Assembly: GCF_009914755.1 (NCBI RefSeq)
Contig: NC_060925.1
Length of the DNA stretch: 64,000 bases
Reading direction: 5' to 3' (one strand)
DNA from: the human T2T-CHM13v2.0 reference genome, Homo sapiens
Shown here: positions 54,562 to 64,000 of the stretch, one piece after another
Layout of the letters: each line of letters begins with the position of its first letter
How positions within the stretch are numbered: position 1 is the stretch's first letter
Notes under the pieces: model-generated
What the model was told of the DNA's origin: nothing
Seen by the model: the letters and a program-made list of their open reading frames with translations, nothing else
The model's database searches: none
Made by a program: the position numbers and the translations under genes

Positions 54562-54996
54562 TGTTAACCTTAAATAATGAGATTCAGGAAATATGATGAA
54601 GCAGAGAGTTTATTTGAGCACAAAGCTTGAGAACAGCCTCCCTGAAAATACAGACTCCAAAAGAATAGGTCAGCATTCCAAAGTGGGGAGGTTAGGGTTT
54701 CCTTATACAAGCTGTTGACAAGGTTGCAACATTTTCCACAGTACATATGTTATAGTGATTTGGTTGGTTACACCTCACTATATTCCATGGAAGATCACTT
54801 TAGCACTACACGAAGAGGGGCGATGATCTGAGGGTTCTTATCTCTGGTGCAACAAGACCTTTCCTATTCGTTTACAGGAAAAAGCAGAAGTTGTAGCTGT
54901 ATGCTGTGTAACTCAGGCAGCATAGCCACTTTCTTCTCAAGGCTCAAAATAATTTAAAGTTTCAACAGCTTTATGTTTGAATTATTTACTTTCACA
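54562..54996 (-). mobile_element. ERV1 (MER4-group) solo LTR, subfamily not assigned
   Basis: TG...CA ends, perfect 4-bp TSD GCCC, antisense poly(A) signal (gagtttatt) near the left end. Confidence 0.8.
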
Positions 54997-55295
54997 GCCC
55001 ACACTGAAACAAGCCAGATTTCCATCACTGGTAGAATAGATACATGAATTGTGTATATGCTTATGAAAAAATACTTAAGCAGCAGTAAAATAAACGAACT
55101 ACATCTACATGCATGGATGAGTCTCACAAATGTAATTTTGAATGAAAGAAGTCAGATGCAAAATAAGACATATTCTGTTAAGTTCCACAAAAGGCAAAGC
55201 TGATGTCTGGTATTTAGGGATACACACTTAGGTAGCATAACTATTGCAATAACAACAAAAGCAAGAAACTGTCACCGTAAAAGTCAAGATGATGG

Positions 55296-55876
55296 TGTCA
55301 ACCTAAAATTATCAAAAGGGTTAGAATCTAGTTTAAAGAGAGTTTATTCAAGCCCAAAGTTTGAAGACAGGCTGCTCAGGAAAGCACAGATGCCAAAGAG
55401 TGGAAGTCAGTCTTCCATTGACTTCCATTCAGTCTTCCGAAGCGCTGAACCGTGGGATTGTGTATATAGACAAATTTTGGGGAAGCTTAACAGAATGTCA
55501 ACATCTTTCTATGTAAGGCTTAATGGATAGTTACAATAATCTGATTAATCAAGGTGGCCTTTTTCTTATGGGAAAGGTATATTAACCTTCTGCATCAAAG
55601 ATGTAACAGTCATGGGGTCTTGGTGGCCATCTGGTCTGAGTTAGGTACAGGACAAGAAAGAGTCAATTAATCTATAATAAAGATCAATGATTGAAAGAAG
55701 GGAGATCTGGTCTCTGTCTCTCCTAGTCATTTACAGAACAAGAGCAATGAGGAAGACCGTTATGCTATAATCTAAGAAACAGAATTGGAAATATGCTACT
55801 GACTCAGTCTCCAGGGCTTAACTTCCCCCTTGGCATAATAAATTTAAGGAGTCCTAAAATTTTATTTTCTCTTACA
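55296..55876 (-). mobile_element. ERV1 (MER4-group) solo LTR, subfamily not assigned
   Basis: TG...CA ends, TSD atgg/ttgg, gagagtttattcaagc, terminal ttttattttctcttaca. Confidence 0.75.
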
Positions 55877-56028
55877 TTGGCCACCCCTGTTGAAGGAACC
55901 CTAAGGTCCTTCTGGGGTGCTAGTAATATTCCACGTCTTGATTCAAAGGATGGTTACATGGTCGTGTACTTTAGAACTATGTATTAATTTGAGCAGTGAT
56001 GTGTTTCATGCACTGTTCTTTATGCAAA

Positions 56029-56593
56029 TGAAAGTATTCAGAAAACACTACCCCAAACGTGCTGCTTTGTGTGCTGACTACTTCAAACTGAAGGCACTTG
56101 GGAAGCAGCAAATGCAGGGAGTGGCTTTCTTTGAGCTTCCTTGATCTGCCTAAAGACTGGATTATCCAAAAGGAGCTCTCTTGTAATGAATCATTTCCCC
56201 AGAAATTTTATCAACCAGGGAAGATTAACTCTCATCACAGGGGAGAAAACTGGAAGTTGACACCATGCCCAGACTATTACTACCTGAGCGACCTTTAATC
56301 TGCACAAGACTGCCTTTCTTCACTGTACATTTTCTCCTCTTGCCCTGCCGTAACCTGTGGTCCCCATCACCCCCCAGAACTCCAAGCTCCTGGTTGTTTT
56401 TTTTTCCATAGCTCAGTATGGTGTATAAGTTTTAATCATCTGACCCTTCTTGAAGTCTAATGTTTTGTGAGATTCCTGTGTGTATAAACACAATTAAATA
56501 TAATTCTCCTCCTGCTAATCTGTCTTATGCCAATTTAATTTGTAGCCCAGCCAAGGAACCTAGAAGGGTAAAGTCATTTTTTGCTCCACTACA
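56029..56593 (+). mobile_element. MER34-family ERV1 solo LTR
   Basis: ttcagaaaacactaccccaaa...ctgaaggcacttg...aaggaacctagaagggta...ctaca. Confidence 0.7.
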
Positions 56594-57657
56594 CATATTA
56601 TATTTCATGACTTAAAAATTTAAGCAATGTCAGCAAAATAGGGGTGGTCATTGAAAGCGTTAAACACACAGGGCCACCAGTGCACAGTGGCATGGGGAGC
56701 ACATTGCACAATGCCAGTGGCATCACTTCCATGGACATCAATGATTCCAAAGGCAGGCAGCCAACCAGGGAAGTGCAGAGCCCATAAGAGACCCTGAAAA
56801 GCAGCTCCCAGAGAATGACCTTTCCTCTCTGTGGTCCTTGGCCAGGTCCCATAGCTCTCCCAAGCACACCTCCTGGATTTCCCATGGGAATGCCCAGATG
56901 CAGCTGGAATCAAAGCTACAGGTAGTCATTGCTCCAGGGCCCCTCCCAGGGAGAGAGCAAAGGATTTATAATGGACATGAGAGGCTTTGTCCTAAAAAAG
57001 ACACTAAAATGAAGATGTAACCACAGGAGGGTCTTCTGTACTGGCCCTCTCCTTCTGCGGATGTGAAAACTGGAGGCGCAGAGACACATGTGGCCTCCTC
57101 TTGGTCAAGAGAGAGTTAATGTCCAGGCTTGAAGGAAGCCCTTCAAGGTTCTTCTCACATTGAAGTCAGGCTGTTCCCCTAGGATCCCTGTCCTCTTCAT
57201 TTCTTATTCTAAATTTGTAGATTAACTCATGTTAATGATTCCTGATGGGTGGAAATGTTATTCTATTAACATATTTGCATAATGATAGGAACTTCAGTGC
57301 CTTAATGGGGGAAACTGAAGTCCCAGGGAGGGCCAGTGGAGCAGGAATTGGCGGCTCTTGGGGACTTTTGTACTTTTTGCTTATTTGAGAAAAGTCATGG
57401 ATTCCCTCCCCAGAGAAGGTAACGTGAGCCCAAACTGTGGGCTATTTGAGGGGATTCACAGACCCCCTCCACCCTACCAACCCATCTAAGGCCCAGACTA
57501 ATACCATGAGGGAAGCCAGACTCTTCCCCTCTGGCTTTAGCCCTGATGACTGCGTGCAGTGGTGACAAGGCACCCCATCATTTGATGGTGTTTGGGGAGA
57601 CAGAAAGAGAAAGAGAGATTGAGAGAAAGATTATCTTCTGTAATTCATTAATAATAA

Positions 57658-58380
57658 TGTTACCGAAGGTAGTTGGTCAGACATACGCAGGGCAGGAGAG
57701 AGCGCCCCTGGCCCCTACAACCCCAACCAGAAATATCAGGCAACAATCACTGATGGTCAAGCAGTGGTTAAACTGTTTCTCTAAAATAATAATTGGTTGC
57801 AGCCAGTGCCAGGGAAAAGCAGTATCCCCAATAGATAGAAACATCTGAAACTCATGATCAGCAGCTTCCAATAACATCTCAGGAGCTGGGCAAGTGGGTT
57901 CAAGCATGCACACTAAGAGGCAAAATGGTGGAGTTTAACTGGTCTATGACTCCTCCTAGGGACATCTGGTAAGAGAAGAATGCCTCAAGTGAGTATGTAC
58001 ACAACTCTAGTAAACACACAGCACATGTGGAACCCCCTCTCCCTGTAAGTGCTGGCAGCCACTGTGCATGCGGACAGCCCACCCCAAGGGAAGAATCAGG
58101 AGAGAAGGGACACGAGGCCCTGGAAGTATGCCAACATATAAAACCCTAAGTCTAAGGTCGAACTGTGCTCTTGAATCCCTCAAGTCACCCACTTGGCCCT
58201 CTTCCAAGTGTACTTTACTTCCTTTCATTCCTGCTCTAAAACTTTTTAATAAACTCACTCCTGCTCTAAAACTTGCCTCACTGTCTCCCTCTGCCTTATG
58301 CCCCTTAGCTGAATTCTTTCTTCTGAGGAGGCAAGAATTGAGGCTGCTGTAGACCCATGTGGATTTGCCACTGCTGAACA
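57658..58380 (+). mobile_element. MER50 ERV1 solo LTR
   Basis: tgttacc..ggtagtt...ctctaaaataataattgg...gaggaggcaagaattgagg...aca; perfect 4-bp TSD ATAA. Confidence 0.88.
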
Positions 58381-58577
58381 ATAATACCAAGTAACAGCTG
58401 ACCTTTCCTTGGTGCTCACTGGGAGCTGGGTATTATTTGAAGTACATAGCAGGAAAAGACTCACAACTCGAGGTTTGCAATTAGAAACCTCCAAGGGCTC
58501 CCCCGAGCAGAGACCGTGGCATAACATGCCCACAGTCCTCAGGCCAGTGTTGAGAAAGGCCAAACCCTGTAAAATAT

Positions 58578-59010
58578 TGTTAAATAGAACTAAATATGGC
58601 CTGAGAAAGCCTCCATACTTCCATACTTGAGTCCTTGAGGATGAACCGTAACCTAACTTAGTAAGCAGACGAGACTAGACACCTGATTTAGGAGGATGCT
58701 TCAGTGGCTGAGTCTCGGCCAATCTCAGCAGCCAGACTTTCACCACTCATAGGCTGCTGTTCAAACTGTGTTCAAATAAAAGCAAATGCCAAGTTGTAAC
58801 CAATCCGGCTGCTTCTGAATCTCACTTCTGTTTTCTGTCCATCACTTTCCTTTTTATAATCTATAAATTTGCTCTGACCAAGAGGCATCCCTGGAGTCTC
58901 TCTAAATCTGCTGTGATTCTGGAGGCTACCCGATTCAAGAATCATTCTTTTTTTTCTTTGCTCAATTAAACTCTGTTAAATTTAATTTGTCTAATGTTTT
59001 TCTATTAACA
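58578..59010 (+). mobile_element. MER57-family solo LTR
   Basis: tgttaaatagaactaaatatggcctgaga...ctcaattaaactc...ttaaca; TSD atat/atgt. Confidence 0.82.
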
Positions 59011-59148
59011 ATGTTTAAAGAAGTTTATTCTGAGTCCAATATGAGTGACCATGGCTTGCACACAGTTTCAAGAAGTCCTGAGTACAAGTGCCTGAGGGGG
59101 TCGGGTTACAGCTTACATATATATATGTGTATATATATACGTATATAT

Positions 59149-59374
59149 ATTCTTCCCTTGGGGTGGGCTGTCCGCATGCACAGTGGCTGCCAGCACTTAC
59201 AGGGAGAGGGGGTATCACATGTGCAGTGTGTTTACTACAGTTGTGTACATACTCACTTGAGGCATTCTTCTCTTACCAGATGTCCCTAGGAGGAGTCATA
59301 GACCAGTTAAACTCCACCATTTTGCCTCTTAGTGTGCATGCTTGAACCCACTTGCCCAGCTCCTGAGATGTTAT
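59149..59374 (-). repeat. Inverted 226-bp copy of 57871-58096 (MER50 internal part)
   Basis: Manual reverse-complement alignment: 4 mismatches, no gaps. Confidence 0.95.
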
Positions 59375-59435
59375 ATACGTATATATACGTATATATACGT
59401 GTATGTATATATGTATATATACGTATATATACGTG

Positions 59436-59486
<51 letters not shown>

Positions 59487-59500
59487 GTGTGTGATGATGG

Positions 59501-59906
59501 GTCACTGCAACCTCTGCCTCCCAGGTTCAAGCTATTCTCCTGCCTCAGCCTCCTGAGTAGCTGGATTACAGGCATGCACCACCACACCTGTATAATATTT
59601 GTTTGGTTTGTTGTTGTTGTTGTTGAGATGGAGTTTCACTCCTGTTGCCCAGGCTGGAGTACAGTGATGTGATCTCGGTTTACTGCAACCTCCGCCCCCT
59701 GAGCTCAAGCAATTCTCCTGCCTCAGCCTCCCGAGTATTTGGGATTATAGGTGCCCACTACCACACCCAGCTAATTTTTGTACTTTTGGTAGAGATGGGG
59801 TTTCACCATGTCAGTTAGGCTGGTTTTGAACTCCTGACCTCAAGTGATCCACCTGCCTTTGCCTCCCAAAGTGCTGGGACTGCAGGCATGAGCCCCACAT
59901 CCAGCC
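59501..59906 (-). mobile_element. AluS (59601-59906) preceded by an extra Alu right-arm fragment (59501-59600)
   Basis: Antisense Alu with (GTT)n tail; additional arm piece cactgcaacctctgcctcccaggttcaagc. Confidence 0.9.
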
Positions 59907-61239
59907 AATACATTTTAAGGATACAGAAGTTACAGGCAAAGACATAAATCAATATGCATAAGGTATACATTTGTTCAGCCTGGAAAGGTGGGACATCTTG
60001 AAGTGGGGCAGGGGTAGGGGATGGGGAGGGCTTATAGGTCATGGGTGGTTTCAAAGATTTTCTGATCACCAGTTGGTTGAAAGAGTTAAGCTTTGCCTTA
60101 AGAGCTGAAGTCAGCAGAAAGAAAGGCTTGAGTTAAGGTAAAGGGGGCTGTGGAAGCCAAGGTTCTTATTATGTAGACCAGGCCTCTAAGTAGCAGGCTT
60201 CAGAGAGAATGGAGGGTAAATGTCTCCTTGGGGAACTTAAAAGGTGTTAGGCTGTAGTTAAATCTCTCCTAGATCAGGAAAAGACCTAGAAAAGGAAGAA
60301 AATTCTCTATTGAATGTAAATGTTCCCCACAAGAGACAGCTTTGCAGGGCCATTTCAAAATATGTCAAAGAAATATATTTTTGGTTAAAATACTTTGATT
60401 TCCTTCAGGGTCTGCTCTCTGTCAGGTGATGCTATACCAGAGTCAGGTTGAAATTTGGAATTTTATTGCCACAAAGAGTGTTTTGTCCATCTTATGATCT
60501 CTATTTTAATATAAGTTCTGGTCAGTTAGTTGTGCCTAAACTCCAAATGGAGGGGATGTAAGAAGTTGTGCCCTACTCCCTTCCTATCATGGCCTGACCT
60601 ATTTTTTCAGGGTTCTGTGGGATCCTCTTGGCCAAGAGGGGGTGTCTATTCAGTTGGTTGGGGGCTTGGAATTTTGTTTGGTTTCTACCAGGAAGGGGCC
60701 TTACCACAATTCATAGGGGCCTAGAGGACACCTGGTTTATTATAAAAGCCAGGTAAAGAGCAAGAAACCGCAAACAATAACAAAACACCCTCATCAATAG
60801 CCATTATCTGAGTCTAACGATTGTTATTAAAGCAGGGAGGAGTGTCTGGGATATTTTAAGTGGCAGCTAACATATCATCTTGAGAAATGGAAAGCAGAAT
60901 TCAGAAGCCTCAGGTTGCAGCCACCAGCAAGACACAGCAACATCTTTCATAAACAGCCCTCCAGCCCCTGCTCTGGGGCCTCCACTTCCTTTGATTCAGA
61001 CTCAACATCAGATGCAAGTCCTTTCTGTGCGGGAAGCACAACACCAAACCAGGCTGTGTGCTGAGGCCCCAAAGCCATGTCTGAGTGAGCTAGAGGCTCA
61101 CAAAGAGCCCCCTCCTTGCCCTCACCCCAGCCCACCTGCAGGCTGCTTGCCACATGATCTGACCTCTGGGGCCACAAGGGCCTGCACACCCGCACTCTGC
61201 AAGTGGTTGTACAATTACCCACGCCCACGCACACATGGA

Positions 61240-61815
61240 TGTCAGAAGGCTTTGCACCAGAATGACTCCCTCTAGAACAGGTGAGATAGAAATCCACAGG
61301 CCTGGTTTGCAAGGTCACAAAGACCCTGCTGATAAAACCCGATGCAGTAAAGAAGCCAGCCAGAAACTGCCAAAACCATCCAAAACCAAGATGGCTGCAA
61401 AAGCAACCTCTGGTTATCCTCGCTGCTTATTATATGCTGAATATAATACATTAGCATGCTAAAAGACACACCTACCAGAGCCAAGGCAGTTTACAGATGT
61501 CATGGCAATGTGGGGAGGCTACCCTACATGGTCTAAAGAGGGGAGAAGCCCTCAGTTCTGAGAATTCTCCACCCCTGTCCCAGAAAACTCATGAATAATC
61601 CACCCCTTATTTAGCCTACGATCAAGAAATAACCATCAAAATGGTCACCCTGCAGCCCTTGGGGCTGCTTTGCCACCCTTTTATTCCTTTACTTTCTTGA
61701 GAAACTTGCTTTCACTTTATTCTATTGGCTGGCCCTTGAATTTCTTCCTGTAGGAAAGCAAGAACCCACATGGCCTCCCAGGCTGAACCCAAATTTTGGG
61801 GTTCGCCCTGCAACA
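61240..61815 (+). mobile_element. MER41-family ERV1 solo LTR
   Basis: tgtcaga...aggtcacaaagaccctgctgataaaac...ccaaaaccaagatggc...ctcatgaataatccacccctt...caaca. Confidence 0.85.
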
Positions 61816-62470
61816 CAGACACTCTCAACAGGGCTTTGCAGGTTCATGGGGATGCCCTCACCTCACCATACCTATCACACTCACTGTGCACTTGTGGTAA
61901 CACACAACTCCTGATCCCAGCCATGCCCAGCCCCTGCCACCTGCCCACAGGCGTGCTCTGTATTAACTTAGGGGCCTGAAATGCCCAGGTCCACACAGGC
62001 CCCACCCCCACCCAGGAGCTAAGAGCCCTAAGGCCCTCTCCTTTTTCCCCCTGTTTCTGTTTCTTCCGTTAATACATCTCTCCCCTATAGGGGACTTGAC
62101 TCCAAAGGGGCTGCTTGCCAGGCAGGAGCAGATAATATCTGCCTGACACCTACTGGCAATAAATGTCAATGCACAGACAGGTTGATGGGCTGAGATTGCT
62201 TCCTATTGATGGAGGATGATGAAGTTGTGGTTTGGAGTGTGATTTCTGGCGAAAAGCAAAGGGATGTTGCAAAAGGGTATCCCCCTCACCCCGAGCTGAG
62301 AGGGTGTGCCAAGAGTTTGTCCTGGCTGTGTGCAGGTGAGCCATGTACACAGGGCGGTTACGTGTATCCCTGTGCTGCTGTCATGGAAGTGCGAGAGTGT
62401 GTGCGGAACTACGTGTGGAGAGTGTGTCTGGGAGTTCCGTCAGTGACCATGTGTTGGTGAGCATGTTACT

Positions 62471-63252
62471 GGGGCCACGGAATGTCTGTGTCTTCATCAC
62501 TAATGGTGTGGGTATGTAGTGGTGGCCCTGTGAGGGTTGGTGTTCACCTGGGCGGGGGTGTTCATGGGGCCATGGAATGTCTGTGTCTCCATCACTAATG
62601 GTGTGGATATGTAGAGGTGGCCCTGTGAGGGTTGGTGTTCACCTTGTAAAAAGTAAAATAGAGGTTCCTCTTCAAAGACTTTCCTCCCTGTCTAATTAGG
62701 AATAAATAGTAACTTCTCTTAAAAGCAAAATTTATTCAAAGACCTGTGCTAACATTCTTAAATATCTGCTAGCCGTAATAAAGAAATCAATGTACTTTAT
62801 GTTCTTAGCTCCCACAATTTAGCCTAAATATTTGCCCTGGCATGCTTATACTGGTCCAACAAGCATTAAGTCATAGCTTGTTCCTCTTCCTTATTTAAAA
62901 GTGTTTTTGTCTTTCTCAGCATTCCACAAGTTACTTTCTCCTTCCTTTGTTCTCCTCTACCTTTGCCTCTTTTAAAAAGTTCTAAATTGCTAGCCAATCA
63001 GGACAAATACAGAGTGAGGGGTCCCATTCCAGCCAATGGAAACCGTTCACAGCAGCAGGGTGGACGCGTCAGGTTACAAAATAACTTGACTCCGTTGTTC
63101 GGTGTACTCTGGTGGCAAAACTGCTGGTGGGTGTACCCTTTCTGCAGGAAGTAAAAATGGCCTTACTAAATAAATTAAATTTATGTTCAAGTGCTATTTT
63201 TTTATGGCACCGGAGAACAAGCATTTCAAACAACCTGGGCAGGGGTGTTCAT
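62471..63252. repeat. 95-bp tandem duplication whose second copy is interrupted by an LTR
   Basis: Copy 1 is 62471-62565; copy 2 is 62566-62644 + 63237-63252. Confidence 0.9.
62645..63232 (+). mobile_element. LTR10C-like (HERV-I group) solo LTR
   Basis: tgtaaaaagtaaaatagaggttcctcttcaaagactttcc...catttcaaaca; perfect 4-bp TSD ACCT; 588 bp. Confidence 0.82.
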
Positions 63253-64000
63253 GTGTGGGGTGTAGGGGTTGTCACAGCTCCAGTGCGGGATGTTGGAGAG
63301 GGTGTCTCTTCATTTCCACCCATAGGTTCCTTCTTAAACTTGAACTCTCTCCCAGCCAGAAAGGGTAGGAGCCTCTTCCAGCCAGAAGCGGGACTCGAAG
63401 CAGGATCAAAGGGCTGGGCAGTGTGGATGCCTTCACCTACAGACCAGCTTCCCTGACCTCTCGGGAAGCTTCATGTTCTAACCTAGAGAGAGAACAATAT
63501 GTCTTGACTAAACACACACACACACACACACTCTTGCACACTCTTGGACATGCAGGAAGGCAAAGCTCTACCACCCCATAGGGAAAAGTCCACAGGGAGG
63601 CAGAAGTAAACCCCTCGTCTACCTTCTCTGGGACGTCATGCTGCCAGGACGACAGCCGGGGCTCTGTGAGAGTGAGCCGTCCTCCTCTTAGCTCTGGTCC
63701 TGGGATTCAGGTGCTAACAGCTCCCATCAGCGTTTTCCCCAAACTGATGTTACTAGCAAATGTGCTGGTGGTGAAGACAGCGGTCATTTGTGAGCGCTTG
63801 CAGTGCGGCAGGCACCGTGCTGCTTGTTCGCGTGGATGGTCTCCTTTTACTCTGCGTGGCAACACTAGCAGTGCTGCTGTTTTCCTCGCTGGGGCTCAGG
63901 TGACAGAGCTCACCCTGGGTCACTTGGGGAAGACTGCTGGTCCTGTCTTCCCTTCTTTCAGTCCTGGCATCTTCCATGCCAGCTGGGCGGATGGCTGTGG

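Larger units (their letters stand above)
58548..60687 (-). mobile_element. MER4-family LTR split by nested MER57, a TA-repeat/MER50 insert and Alus
   Basis: Pieces 58548-58577, 59011-59114 and 59907-60687 join into a MER4-like LTR; TSD CCAG on both sides. Confidence 0.78.

Noticed and set aside
57900-59345. Two near-identical small ORFs on opposite strands (...GCPHAQWLPALTGRGG...) suggesting a duplicated gene
   Set aside because: Both are antisense readings of the duplicated MER50 segment; the DNA duplication is real but there is no coding evidence

Overview
Primate (almost certainly human) genomic DNA. The first ~28.5 kb is the 3' half of AJAP1 (adherens junctions-associated protein 1 / SHREW1; 1p36.32 from memory) on the + strand. 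It contains three coding exons: 5774-5861 (transmembrane helix), 8201-8446 and 10348-10420 (stop TGA). The last of these continues for 59 nt of UTR to a donor at 10479/10480. A 3'-UTR intron follows, then a candidate alternative terminal exon (~12527-13720) and a ~10 kb, nearly transposon-free terminal exon (18472-~28450) with proximal and distal poly(A) signals. The rest is intergenic and increasingly repeat-dense: Alu, MIR, L2, old L1, DNA transposons, and a cluster of about 11 solo LTRs at 52.3-63.2 kb. Repeat family names come from remembered consensus sequences, not from a search. I found no prokaryotic-type system and no clearly new gene. The most interesting observations are: (1) skipping the 88-nt TM exon enters an alternative frame that stays open through both downstream coding exons and stops only in the terminal exon, predicting a TM-less, NMD-immune isoform; (2) the canonical stop lies 59 nt upstream of the last splice junction, which is borderline for NMD; (3) a 226-bp piece of a MER50 LTR is copied in inverted orientation (98% identical) into a (TA)n tract ~1 kb away. 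All functional readings are hypotheses.
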